Source: Octopus sinensis (Eukaryota). From it: a stretch of DNA of 64,000 nucleotides. The notes below the pieces were generated by a model, which was not told where the DNA came from, did no database searches, and saw only the letters and a list, made by a program, of their open reading frames with translations. A program made the translations under genes and the position numbers. Below, piece by piece: positions 38,659-53,002 of this stretch. The stretch's first letter is position 1, and every line of letters begins with the position of its first letter. The DNA is taken from the NCBI RefSeq assembly GCF_006345805.1, contig NC_042999.1, forward strand, positions 111,104,001 to 111,168,000, read 5' to 3'.

Positions 38659-39044
38659 ACGCGTGTGTATGTCTGTGTGGATGGGTCAATATGTGTGTGT
38701 GTACGTGCGTGCGTAGGTGTTGTGTGTGTGCGCGAATGGGTCGGTATGCGTGTATTTGTGTGCATATGAGTGTGTATGTGTGCCTGTCTGTGTCTGCGCA
38801 TATATACTTATACGTACAAATTGATATGTATGCGATTGGCGTTCATTTAGATGTATCTGCATCAAGTTATTTCACTTTGTCTCATAACATTATTATCTTA
38901 ATTTTTTTATTGCTGTAAATTCTTGCTTATGAAGTCCTTTGTTTAATCTGCTAAATTCCTGTTGTTATAGAAAGCCTGCGAAGACTATAGGATTAGTTCC
39001 TTCCACCAGACCAAAATACCAAAAAACATACGTACATGGGTGTA

Positions 39045-39262
39045 CGAGCGTGTGCTGAAAACTTCCTGATTTTAAGGATATTGCGAGGGACCTGATTGGA
39101 AGCCCAATCTTCCGAGTTCTTTTACGGGGCTTAGAAAAACTGAATGGCCGCTGCAATAAGTGTGTGAATCTGAGAGGGAAATATGTTGAATAAAATCATA
39201 ATTAATTGATCCTCCTGTTTTTTTCTTTTACCCAAAGTTAGGAACTTTTCAGCACCCATTCG
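39045..39262 (+). mobile_element. Mariner-derived MITE (218 bp)
   Basis: TA at 39043-44 and 39263-64. TIR-like GTGCTGAAAACTTCCTGA / TTAGGAACTTTTCAGCAC. The interior encodes RCNKCVNLRGKYVE*. Confidence 0.9.
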
Positions 39263-40763
39263 TATGTCTTTATAATATCTATTTCTCTAGTGAATATATG
39301 AATGCAACGCGTTCTAATATTCCCATCCATAAATCCATCAGGGGTTTGAGGCATTAAGCTTTTATATCTCTTGTAGTGGTAATATGGTATGCAATAGCTT
39401 TCACAGAAATCATTGTTATATTTTGAGATAATACTTCGATATCAGATGTAACTAAGCAGTTGAGTTGTAATTACATTATGATAATAGAAACAATTGTATA
39501 TGTCGTATTTAATTCCACATTGACAATATCATGTGACTCTGCTAATTGGCAAATTCCATCTAACAAGCAGCTTCACAAAAGATATGTGAATCTAACACTA
39601 CAAGATTAGTCTCTCTAGTGTATCGTATCTCAGTTCAAATTGCATCTAGGCTAATAATGTTTTTAACCTTTATCTACGAACATTAATAAATTGACAGTCA
39701 CAAGATTCCCAGTTGTAACCATCTCACTTTATTTACGTAGAATTATAAGGGAAAACATATTCTTACTTTCGTCTTTCGAAGCAATCTGAGGCTTTGTGTA
39801 TATGCAAAAGGAAAAACAAAAAAGGGGGAGAGTGAAAGAAGACAAAAAAAGAAAATCTATATTAGATTGACGATAAAAATAATTGAAATTAAGCTAGTTG
39901 TAAGTTAATTGTCAGAGATAAAAGACTAAATATTGTAATGCTTGTTACTATCTCTACTTAATCTATTCTACTGTCTTTCCTTCTTGCAGTAGCATTTGAA
40001 TTATAACAATAGTAAGCTGGCTGTTCAACCGAATCGTCAGAGCGCTGGATAGATTCCTTTGCAGTACTTATTCAGGAACTCGGCGCTACAAGTTCAAATC
40101 CTGCCGAAGATAATTTTGACTTTCACCAATTCTAAGTCGATAGAGAAAGTACAAGTCAAATATTGGTGTCTGGTGTTGAAGCCTATCTCTCTCTTTCACA
40201 CCCCTTTTCTCTCACTCTCTGTCGAAATGTGCTGCGTGAAGAGGTCATGAAAAAGATTTCTCACATGGTGGCACCAACAATCCCTTCGTAATTATTCAAG
40301 TGGATATATAAAGAGGAGGTAAAATAATGGTTACTTTTCACCTGCAATACAGTTCTGTACATTTAAGAAAGAAGAATTGGAATAGTTTTAGTTTTCATAA
40401 CTTTCCCCAAAATATTAGTGTTGTAAGTAAGCAAAAGAAGTGAAATTGAGCCGAAACCACTTTGCGATTCTACTGCGTCGATCTTTTTGTTGTACAATGC
40501 TTTCTCAATACAATTCTGTCTGTTCGTCCTTAGGTCAGATGCCATAAACGTTGGAAGTGTCTATTCTTTCTTATATTTGTATTAGTCAATTGACTGCTGT
40601 CATGCTATGGCAGTGCCTTGAAAGGCTTAGTACGAATGGATTCCAGTATTATTTTCTAAGTGCGGTTCTTATGGGGCCGAAAACAAACCAACACCCAATT
40701 AAGTGGCGCTGGTACAAAGCAACAAATACCCTCTTTGCACACACATATATTTACACACAGACA

Positions 40764-40833
<70 letters not shown>

Positions 40834-40844
40834 CACAAATATAG

Positions 40845-41230
40845 TCGAGCAAAATCGACCCCAGGACTTATTTTTTGCCGAACCGCTAGATTACGGGGAC
40901 ATAAACACACCAGCATCGGTTGTCAAATGATATTAGGAGGAAAAACACAGATACACAAACATATATACACACACAAACAAACATATACATACACATACAT
41001 ATATATATATATATCGCTTGACAACCGATAGGTGATCTACTTGTCCTCCTAATTTCGCTTGACAACCGATAGGTGATCTACTTCTAGCATACGGCTGACC
41101 ACCTAGTGGTTTTTTAGCCCCTTAAATATACACATGTATTAGAATTTTCTCTGATTTTTCAGATTTTTGTATGCTAGGCTACTGGTTTTAAACTGATATT
41201 AATTAAATTAATAATCAATTTATCTCCCTC

Positions 41231-41271
<41 letters not shown>

Positions 41272-41436
41272 GACGGGCTTCTTTCAGTTTCCGTTTACCA
41301 AATCCACTCACAAGGCTTTGCTAGGCCCGAGGCTATAGTAGAAGACACTTGCTCAAGTTGCCACGCAGTGGGACTGAACCCGGAACCATGTGGTTCGTAA
41401 GCAAGCTACTTAACACACAGCTACTCCTACGCCTAT
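40845..41436 (-). mobile_element. Disrupted copy of the microsatellite-containing tRNA-derived SINE
   Basis: Head 41271-41436 and 3' body about 40845-40960 match the 55081-55531 copy. An unrelated insert lies between them. Confidence 0.75.
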
Positions 41437-42082
41437 ATCAGTCATTTTTCAAGAAAATGTATTAATATATTCCTAGTCCTTTTCTTCTTAAATAAACTTG
41501 GAAGCCCTTTTAGTCAAACACTTTAGCTTCAATATATACTTCTTCCAACAAAAAACGTTTTATTTATTTATTTTTCGAAAGTATTAATTCAGAAACTAAT
41601 TTACTGTTAGCAGAGACTCGATAGAAACTAAATATGCTGAGTAATTATTTTCTTGGCACGTATTATTCCGATGCAGTGCATGCCATGTTGTACAAATTAA
41701 TTCGCGGTTAATTTTTTTAATTGGGTAATTACAGTGAATAATTCAACATCATTCTTGCTGCTTCATCAAATGGCTACTTTATTAGTGTTTATTGCTTTCA
41801 ATTAAATCCTTTATTTGTTTCTGATTAGTAGCGCTTACAGAAGCAGCTGTAATGGCAGTTGTATTATTAACGTTGATATATTAAGTAAGTCTCTGCCGAC
41901 ATCGCAGAACAGTTTCTCTGCGTGCTGAGTTTAACATCCGGTTTCGACTCCCAGTTAAAAACTATTTAATTTCGCTTAGGCTGCTAATTAATATTCTTGA
42001 TAAAAGCACGTACGTCACACAAACTCATTCTAATCTTACGTAAATTTATGTTTAAGAAATCAATATGCATACATACATATAT

Positions 42083-42173
<91 letters not shown>

Positions 42174-43360
42174 AGAGTGTATTATGTAATACTGTTTCGT
42201 AGCATTCATGCCCTTCTATTTATTAAAATTAACAACATAAATGAGTTCATATGGAATTAAAATTGTTTCAAGCTTCAGTTCTCGGGAAAGTTAACGTCAC
42301 ATTACGTCACAATGTTATCTTTGTTTAGATTTAATGATCCTAGGACCAGATTATCCAATAATTTCTTCTTTTTAAGATAATAAGATAGAATTTGAGGGGA
42401 GTTTGACATACATATATACATACATACATACATGTAAGGATGCATATCGTCAAATATCATTTCCAATTTCGCTAGTTTTTCTTTATATTGGGCACAGATC
42501 TCGACATTGCTCGAGGCCGAAACTGTACAATTTATTAACCCTTCATTAAGGATAATTTTGGTGTCCTTACAGAGATTAGAAAACGTATTGCAGAGTTCAG
42601 TTCACTGGGATTGTTTTTTACGCCAGTGGTTTCTTAACATCGCACAACAAACATATTAAAATTACATTTTTTGGCAAAATGTGAAAAATACCAACTTTAA
42701 ATCTGAACAAAGTATTGAAAACTGATTTTGATATTCAATATTAAATCAATTAAGGAAATAACTGGGTCCAGCAGTGTTTCGAATTTCGAAACGGCTGTAT
42801 TTAGCAGTTTCACTTTGTGACGTTATTGTTTTTCACTTCAGTTTCTCAACCACATAAAACCGCTCCATTGTTGTTGCTGCTATTGTAGTCCCTGTTGATT
42901 TTATTTAACCTCATGTCAGCGATGTTCGAATAAATCTTTAGTCAAAGATGCCACAGTTATGCTCATATTATTTTTGTTCAGATTTAATGAATCTAGGACC
43001 AGATTATCCAATATTTTCTTTTTTTAAAGATAAGATAGAATTTGAGGGAAGTTTGACAGCTGTTTCTAGCCGGTTCAACAAACATGAAGACACCATTGCT
43101 GGATTGTTTAACTCAATGGTGGTAAGCTATAAAGCAGCAGCGAAGACAGTATCTGATGACCACTTCATTAACTTTCTATGTTAAGATAAATTGCACTTAA
43201 AGAACTCGATGCACGTACGGGCTGAGGCTGAAGTCTCTTTTTTTCTTTTAGATAACTTTCATTTAATCGCTTCATGAAGATGTCACAATGAGTTTACATA
43301 CATACATACATTTAAAGATGCATATCTAATGAATGACTTCCACATACCTCATAGTTAAAA

Positions 43361-43436
<76 letters not shown>

Positions 43437-45100
43437 GATGGCGAAGACCACAGCATCATCGTATGCAAGCGAAAAGATGAGCAAAAATTCAATACCTAAA
43501 CAGATTATCAAACAAAGAACACGAAACCTACATTTCAAATCCAAACATTCCAAATGCTTAAACAATATTTTGGTTTAGTAGAACGCCCGTTAAGTCTCTT
43601 TGGTGCCTGGCGAAATTTTTAAGTATTTTCGTATTTATGAATTTTATATCTACGTATTATAAAATGTATTTTTAGCGTATATATATGTGTGTCTGGGTGT
43701 GTGTATTTTTAAATATATATACATGTATGTATGTACGCATGTAAGCATATAAATGGATGATACAGCGATTATACCTAATGTTTGAGTATATATATATTTA
43801 TATATACAGTGAATTTTTAAAAATTTTGTCTATATTATGTGAAGATTTATGTATTCATGTAAGCATAACGACAAAATATATGTATGCTTGTGTGTATGTG
43901 TGAGCGTTTATGTTTACACACACGCATATATATATATACATATATATATATGTATTATGCATATATATATATATATATATGTATGTATATATATATATAA
44001 ACGTCTGTGTATGTGTGTATGCACGTATATATGTATGTATTATATATATAAATATACATATATACATATAAATATGTGTGTGTATATATATATACATACA
44101 TACACACATGCACATACATATGTATGTATGTGTGCAAATAAATAAATAATTTTTTTGTATATTGTTTCCAGATATCAAAGTAAAAGTTGGCAAGGGTAAA
44201 TCTTTAAATCCATTTTAAGTATTAAAAAGAAGAACAACAACAACAACAATATAAGCCAAAGAAGAAAAGAAAAGAGTGCGATGGAACAGAAAGGGATTGG
44301 AGTGCAAAGTGAAAGGAAGGATTGAAGCCAGAGAGGCTAGAAGAAAGATGCTGAACGAAGAAATAAGAAAGAAAGATCGAAAGAGAGAAATAGAGAAATG
44401 AAGAAGGGGTAAAAGAAAGAAACAAAGAAAGAAGGTAATCGGAATAGACAATACAGATTTATACTGCTTATAGAGAGCTTTGGGAACAATCTGTCCGAGA
44501 GTTGGCCGCAAAGTCAAAGGAATATAAGCTGATTTTCTTGAGAAAATATCAAATTTTGTCTTTTTTTTTTAAATTACTGTATCTAATTCTTTTGAAAAAT
44601 AACCGTAATTTTTACTTGCTTATTTGTTCTACGGTTCTTTTGTAATTTTTTTTTCTAAAATAATATTTTGTTATATATGTTTGTTGTTATGGTTTGTTTG
44701 TTGGTGTTGCTTTTGTTTTCGTAATTTCATTTTATATTTTTATTATTCTTTTAAATGTATACAAAACTATTAGACAACGGAAGAGAAATGACAACTTGTA
44801 TTTCGTTAAGTTTTATCTTATGACATGGATAAATAAATATACAAATATTACTAGTAAAACATATTTAAAACAAAATAAAAAGCAATTCCTGCCCTCACCT
44901 CCGCTCAAAATAAATAAGTTACAGTATTTTCCTATTCTTATTTCTTTATTCTCTTATTCTCTTACTTCTCCTATTCTCTGCAATCTTTAAGCGTTTTCCA
45001 TTTCCACCACCTCACTCATTGTCCTGATAGTTCTTGTCGAACTCTCATAGTTCTTTGTCCCTGATAATCTTAAAGGTTTTCTTTCTCATTTTTGCATGTA

Positions 45101-45989
45101 TTAGGTTGTTCGGAAAATAATGGCCGATTTTAAAAATAAGCCTATACTCTTGCAAAACTGAACTGTACAAAGGTTTAATTATTCAAAATAAGATCCCTGA
45201 ACAGGTGTGTATTTTCCCCATCGATTAACAAGGTCATTTATGCCTCTTCGATAAAAATTCAAAGATTCTGATGCCAGGCAGTCCCTGAATTCAGCTTCGA
45301 CATTGGTTTTTTGCCTTAAAATAATTGTCGAGATGCTTGGAAAAGTGGTAGTCAGTGAGTGAAAGATCAGGAAAATATGGAATATGTGGCGAAATCTCGT
45401 ATTACAAGTCTGTGAGCTTCTGTAGTGTCATCCTATAAACGTGCGATCGAGCAGAATAGGACCACGTTGATTAACAAGTGATGGTTTCCTTTTGTTCAAG
45501 TGAACATGCATTTCTTCCAGTTGCTTACACTAAACTTCCGATGTAATGCTCTGGTTAGCTGTACTATTTTCAAATGCTGATCATCAAGGGTGGATAGGCA
45601 CCATCTACCTTCTTGACCTTCAAGGCTCTTAACCTCACAACGGAATCTCTCAAGCCACCGTTTTACCGGCTGATCAATAGTGGACCCCTCACCCCAATGC
45701 TCCGTTGATATTGGCGGTTCTTTGGGAAGCATTACATCCCAGTTTGAATTCACGCAAAAAAGAAAAAAAATGGATAAACGCATATTTTTTTTTCTTTCGT
45801 GTTTGAAATTAAGGATGTCTACACTTCGAAATGAACTTCTGAAAGAAATCAATAAAAATTTACTAAAGAGTACACATCAAGTATTAAGCTTGTAAAATTT
45901 CGTCTAAAACACTACAAATATAACATCTTAAACTGAAAAAATGGGGGGTTTTTTTTGAAAAATCGGACAGTATTTTCCGAACAACCTAA
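45101..45989 (-). mobile_element. Internally deleted mariner with both TIRs
   Basis: 31-bp TIRs TTAGGTTGTTCGGAAAATAATGGCCGATTTT / AAAATCGGACAGTATTTTCCGAACAACCTAA (2 mismatches), left TA. Remnants WGEGST...VKRWLERFR and PHIPYFPDLSLTDYHF. Confidence 0.9.
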
Positions 45990-46851
45990 GATTTTCTGTG
46001 GTATATACTTCCATCTTTTCCAAATTATCCTAACCACCTGGTCATAAGATGTTAAAATGTTTAGGTTTCTATTCATTATTTATTCATTTCTTAACTCTCT
46101 ATCGATCGACTGATCGATACAGCGTGCTCACCAACATGGTTGGAAAGTGGACTTCTGAAGCATACATCAAACACAACTCACTGCACGGATATTCGGGTGT
46201 CTTCTACTATAACCCGGAGTGACTAAAGCCTTGTGAGTTGATTTCGTAGATGGAAAGAAGCCCGTCCTGTGTGTAAATGTATGTGCGTATTTATACATAT
46301 ATTTATATTTATGAGGATGCATGCGCGCGTGTATGTGTTTTTTGCCTTGACATCATACTATAATTGTAAATGAGCGCCACTCTCATTACGTGGTGTCGTA
46401 TATTTCCTGTCTTTCGAAAATAAAATTTAAAAAACTGTCAGCCTATGGTGATATATTACCTTATATAGAAAAAGGCGGTGGTTGGTGACAGGAAGGACAT
46501 CCGTTTGCAGAAAATCTGCCTCAACAATTTCTTTCAGACGCTTGCAAGCATAGAAAAATTACTGTTTCAAACCATGACATATATATTTTAGAGATAGATA
46601 TCTTAATGATACGAGATCAAACATATCCACAATTAAAAAATGACTTGAGTTTAAACGTCGGCCCATTTGAGAAGAAAGTGAAAGCTTTTATGAATGTGTG
46701 TGAGAGAGAGAGTCTGTATGCGTGCGTGTTTGTGTGAATTTGTTTGAGTGCGCACGAGTGTATGTCTCAACAAACAATGTAAACAGCAGCAGTAGTAGCA
46801 CCATCACCACTCATATCTTTGCTCTAGGTGCTACTTATCGATCCAAAGCTA

Positions 46852-47220
46852 AGTCGGTTACGACGATGAGGGCTCCAGTTAATCCGATCAACAGAACAGC
46901 CTGCTCATGAAATTAACATGCAAGTGGCTGAGCACTCCACAGACACGTGTATCCTTAGCATAGTTCTCGGGGAGATTCAGCGTAACACATAATGTGACAT
47001 GGCTGGCCCTTCGAAATTCAGGTACAACAGAAACAGGAAGAAAGAGTGAGAGAAAGTTGTGGGGAAAGAGTACAGCAGGGTTCGCCACCAAGTCCTGCCG
47101 GAAATTCGTGGAGCTTTAGGTTTTTTCGCTCAATAAACACTCACAACGCCCGATCTGGGAATCGAAACCGCGATCCTACGATCGCGAGTCCGCTGCCCTA
47201 ACCACTGGACCATTGCACCT
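46852..47220 (-). mobile_element. tRNA-derived SINE (about 370-bp family)
   Basis: Minus-strand head GGTGCAATGGTCCAGTGGTTAGGGCAGCGGACTCGCG...GGTTTCGATTCCC with A and B boxes. Confidence 0.85.
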
Positions 47221-47808
47221 TTAATGCTAAGTGCTTCTAGTTTGCGCTCTGAAAATAGGGGTTACAAACCATTTCGTTGATCCTGGTAAGCCACAGTGAA
47301 ATTTAAACACAATACAATGAACCTGAACAAATGCAACAAGACATCTCGCCAAAAGTTGATACAGTTCACCATATTACTAGGTGAGATTATTACTTTATTG
47401 ATCGGGCCTCGATATGATCAAAATTGAAGTACACCTTGGCAGAATTTGAACTCAGTCGGCAAATAGCTGGAATAAATACAGCAGGTGTTTCGCCCAACGT
47501 TTCTTCCGATTCACCGATTTAGCACGTATATTTATGTACGTATATATATGCATATATATATATATATATATATAGATGCATATATATATATATATGTATA
47601 TCTAGATGCATATATATATGTATATGTATATAGATGCATATATATATATATGTATATCGAGAAGACCGAAGAAGATGGTAATTTAAGTTCCTTGCATTAG
47701 ACTTTTCATTTTCATTTTAAACGACAAAGATATTATGAACTAGTGACAGATCTCTTGGAAACTTGCAACAAGCAGCGTTATTATTTACAAAATATGATAT
47801 GAAATATT

Positions 47809-48016
47809 GGTTTCAAATTTTGGCACAAAGCCAGCAACTTCAAGGTACGAGGGAAGTTGATTACAACGACCCCAGTGCTTCACTGGTACTTATTTTATCG
47901 ACCACGAAAGAATGAAATGTTAAATTAACTTCGGCGGAATTTGAACTCAGAACGTAACAACCAAAAGAAATCCCGCTAAGAATTTTGTTTGGCGTGCTAA
48001 TGATTCTGCCAGCTCA
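47809..48016 (-). mobile_element. tRNA-derived SINE, older subfamily, with short candidate TSD
   Basis: Homologous to 11587-11800. AAATATT occurs at 47802-47808 and 48017-48023. Confidence 0.8.
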
Positions 48017-48526
48017 AAATATTAATAAAAATAGCCTTCTATCTAAATATCTCTTTGACCATTCCATCTGTTTATTTAGCTCCATATTTATATTTCTTTG
48101 ATCATTCCATCTATTTATCTATCTCTATTTTCTTGTCTATTTTACAGTATATAGCCGTCTCTCCCTTTCTCAACATCTATCTATCTATTTGTAAAAAAAT
48201 ATAACATGTGACGTAATTGACCGAGATTATCGTGATCTTTTCCGTAGGCTTTTCTTTCCTCGGGTAAACCTCACCTGTCCTCCCCTTTACACTTTATATT
48301 GACATTTCTGTGATAACGATCCCTATAGATCGATTTTTTCTTTTTCCTTTTATTTTTTATCCCCTCCCCTTTTTGCTTTCCTCTTTATTTCCCTTTACGA
48401 TCCCTTTTGATCGAAAACCAAACCCCCTTTTTTTAACCCCAAAAGGAAAAGCTCTACCTTGTAATTTGTCCCGTCTGTGTGCAGCCCTTTGTGGCTAAAA
48501 AAGAAACATATCTATCTATCTATCTT

Positions 48527-48561
<35 letters not shown>

Positions 48562-49599
48562 CTATCTATCTATCTGTCTATCTATCTATCTATACAATAA
48601 TTTTGCTGTACGTTCTTTTGCCTTTCCATCGCCCAATATCAACATAATTTCTATTCGTCTCAATTTTGTAACTTAGGCATTCAGAAGAACGGAAGCTTAT
48701 TTTCTGTAATATTGAGAAAAGGTCAATTCCGTCGAAGTCGACTTGCCTTTCATCCTTTCGTGGTCGAGAAACTAAGTACCAGCTGAGCACTGGGGTCAAT
48801 GAAACCAATATTAGGAAAGTTGATGTTGGTGGTAGAGATCGGACTGACGTCAATCGGGGAAACATTAGCGACAACAGCTATGAAGATTGTAGTTGTTGTA
48901 GGGCCGGCGTTATTGGTGGTGGTTGTAGTGGTAGTAGTAGTGGTAGTGACAGTAAATTTCTAGAGGAAGTAAGGATGTAAATTCATTCAAGAACGTTGTT
49001 AGTGGAGCGAGACGTGACCCAGGAAAATGGAGAAGATATTTGTACACAGTTACACGTGAACACGCGCACACGTGAAACGCGCGCACACGTGAAACGCGCG
49101 CACACGCACACATACACTTTTCTCTCCACATATATTTATGAATGTACTTATGTATGATATATGCATGTATGTATGATGTATGTATGTATATTTGTATAAT
49201 TATATGCATGCATGAATGTGTACAAAGTTGCAAACATGCATACAGACATGCAGACAGATAGGTACACAGAGTAAGATGAGGAAAAGGCAAGCAACAAAGA
49301 CAAACGATTCTATGTATAGATGAAGGATGAGGAGAAAAAGGGTTTGACGAGCAGGGGTTGAAGGTTAAAATGAAGAGGAGTAAAATGGAGAGAGGAAGGC
49401 GAAACATGGAGACAGGACAGAGGACTTTGGGAAATTTTGAGAGATAGAAAGAGGGAACAGCTTAAACGTCTGAGCGCCTATTTAAGTGAAATGGTGGGGA
49501 AGGTGACCAGGCTTAGGGATAAGGATTAGTGAAGCGTGTAGCAATGAGTATCTCCAAGGAATATGATCACAACGGAATATCAGAACGTACGCAAGGCAT

Positions 49600-49637
<38 letters not shown>

Positions 49638-49738
49638 GCACGCACAAACACAGACACACAAACACAGACACAAACACACACATATATAGACAGAAAGAGA
49701 TACGAAGATATATTGCTAGATAGTTAGATAGATAGATG

Positions 49739-49796
<58 letters not shown>

Positions 49797-49849
49797 CAGA
49801 TAGATACACACGTATGTATACATGTATTCATATTCAAACATGCGCACAT

Positions 49850-49887
<38 letters not shown>

Positions 49888-50088
49888 CTCTCTCTCTATA
49901 TATATATAAATATATATATACATATATATACAAATATATATGTACATATATACATATATATACATGTATGTATTTATAATATATGTATGTATGTATACAT
50001 ATATACATCATATATTTGTATACGTATACATACATAAATATGTTTATATATTATATATTTATTTGTATACATACACATACATAAATAT

Positions 50089-50131
<43 letters not shown>

Positions 50132-50294
50132 TATATACATATATATGTAGATATACATATATATATATATGCATCTATATATATACATATATATACGCAT
50201 ATATATACATATATATATATATTTATATATATATATATGTATGTGTGTGTGTATGTATGTATGAATGTATGTATGTATGTGTGTATACCGCATG

Positions 50295-50720
50295 AGAGGT
50301 AAGCCCTGTTCAGTGTGCAACAACATGAGTGAAGTGAATTCCATCAGAAACCATAACAGAAGTGTTATGATTTATACAAAAGGTGGAACATGTAAAGATT
50401 CCCACTTGGTATAAGCTGCAGAATGCACGAAACCCAATTTATGTTGGTTGTACAATAGAACAAAAGGTTTAATGGGTACAGATTCGAGTCAGGCACAATA
50501 ATTGTAGTTAGACAGAACTTGCTGAACATTTCGTTTCAAGCGGCTGCAATTTTGAAGAAGACTTGAAAGTACATATTTTCAGAAAATATTCTGAATCTGC
50601 TTCACTTTTACTTCTCAGAATGTATGAGGAGAAATATGTTTGCGGGTTATTAACATAACGTCCTGGACGAATGACCAAGATGACAGGAGAATATCATCAA
50701 ATTATTATTACACACAGATG
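50295..50720 (+). pseudogene. Degenerate PLE GIY-YIG region
   Basis: RGKPCSVC...GGTCKDSHLV*AAECTK, IYVGCT after a frameshift, then ELAEHFVSSGCNFEEDLKVHI. Confidence 0.7.
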
Positions 50721-51024
50721 TATATCGGTTAACACACTTATCACGAATAAAAGAACTGTGACTTCGATTCCCATGCATCCTAACACAGATTTTCCGTCGA
50801 GGGATTATATGTTCAAATATTAGAGTATTTTCTTGAGGCAATATACAGTGATTGCTTATAAGCTTTAATCTTATAATTATTACTATTAGTTATGAAGGGG
50901 AATATTCCTTGTATTGTTTGTCTTGTACTCTGTTTTTTCGTCGATAAAAAAAAGTCTGTTTCCATGTTTGTTTTTACGTTTTCGTTCTCGTTGAGTTCTA
51001 CGTCTATTTGTGGTGTCCTGTACT

Positions 51025-51072
<48 letters not shown>

Positions 51073-51142
51073 GCATGTATACATACATGTAGATGTAGGT
51101 ACGTACATATATGTATGTATGTATGCATATATTTTATTTATT

Positions 51143-51195
<53 letters not shown>

Positions 51196-51311
51196 TATAT
51201 ATATACAAATATATATATACACACAAATATATATATATACTCGACAAAGCACATAAAAATGAAACAAGATGGAAAAAATAGTACTCGAAAACCGGATGTA
51301 GAGTAATATGC

Positions 51312-51489
51312 TTTATTATTAAAGTTGAAAGGTATCACAAATCTATCACAAAAAAACTGCTACACAGAGTGTCACGTTCCCGTTCGTCAGACAATTTGTG
51401 ATCAAGAGCTGTCCGGCGAACGAAATGTGAAGCTCTGAGTAGCAATTTTGGATATATTTCTGTAATGTTTTTGCAGCTTTAATAATAAA

Positions 51490-51490
<1 letters not shown>
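51312..51490. mobile_element. Fold-back of two diverged PLE pLTR ends, each with a degenerate HHR
   Basis: Imperfect inverted arms of about 85 bp bounded by TTATTATTAAAG / CTTTAATAATAA. HHR-like motifs at 51354-51397 (-) and 51406-51448 (+). Confidence 0.6.
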
Positions 51491-51561
<71 letters not shown>

Positions 51562-51671
51562 ATAGATAGACAGATAGACAAATAGACAGACAGATAAATA
51601 CATACATACCTACATGCATGCGTGCTTGTATGCATGCATATATAAGTGTGTATGTATTTGTGTGTACGTGC

Positions 51672-51706
<35 letters not shown>

Positions 51707-52957
51707 GATATACACACACACATCCACACAGATGATCACTCAGCTTAGTGAAACAGAGCATCACATTTATTTTTAGAAAGAAATATATGACAATGCCTTA
51801 AATGATGCGCTGATATCGGTTTCCTTATATTGTCTGACGCGGCTGCTATCGAAGGAACTTCGAAGTCACCGTCATATTTCCCAATACATACATACATATA
51901 CATATATATGTTTGTATATATATATATACATGCATACATACATAAATACTCCATATATATGCATACGTACGTACCTACGTACATACATACATTATATGTG
52001 TGTGTGTGTGTGTGTTCGAGTGTGTGCATATATATGTATACACGCTAAACGCAGTGGAATGTTATGTATAAGCGAAGACTAGATCCGAGTCGACTTGAAA
52101 CTTCCCATCGTTGGCATGGTTATGCACATCTGAACATACACGCCACCAGCGCACACAGACTCACTCACACCTGTTTGCGTGTGTGCGTATGTGCGTGAGT
52201 AAGTGTGGTGCATGTATGTATGTATATATGTTTGTGCGCGTTTGTGTATGTAAACACAGAAAGGCACTGGAATAATTGTGTAATAAAGGTCGGCATACAA
52301 ACAGTGAAAGCAACTGGAAGAGAGAGTGGGAAACATAACTCTTATAAGCAGCACCTTATAAACTCACTGATCAGTGATTTAGAAGATTTGGTTAAAGCTT
52401 CCATTATGGAAGCCAGCCGGAATTTACATGATTAATAGACTTGTGTGTATAATTTATATGTTTGCCTTCATGGTAGATCAGTTTTGCAGAACTTTCAAAT
52501 GCAACCTGAAGAATTTATCCGCATCTTGGAAATAGTAAAATATAGTGAAACCACAGAGAAATACAGAATAGATATAAAGAATAACTTCTGTTTTTATCTT
52601 TATATATATATTTTTTTTTGTTTAGAGTATGAGATTGAGTGGATACTTTCATATCTCTGTGAGTGTATATATATATATACGGTGTTTTATCCGTATACAC
52701 ACACACATATATATATACACACATATATATATATACCTACATATATATATATTTATATATATATATATATACGTATGTGTATATACATATATATATACAC
52801 ACGCGTATATGCATTCATAAATATACTTATATACATGCACACACATACGCATATATATATATGTACATACATAACTATACAAATAAATATCAGTATATAT
52901 ATGTACACACGCGTATATGCATTCGTAAATATACTTACATACATGTACACACATACG

Positions 52958-53002
<45 letters not shown>

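Noticed and set aside
41014-41083. Two perfect 29-bp direct repeats separated by 12 bp, as a mini-CRISPR
   Set aside because: There are only two units and the spacer is too short. The first part is an inverted piece of the neighbouring SINE body, so this is a local rearrangement.
22728-47220. tRNA genes at 22728, 29099 and 47150-47220
   Set aside because: A and B boxes are present, but the acceptor stems do not close and each continues into a repeat body. These are SINE or pLTR heads.
52205-52435. Protein-like ORF tail (KQHLINSLISDLEDLVKASIMEASRNLHD)
   Set aside because: It starts in a microsatellite, and no splice signals or family motif could be supported.
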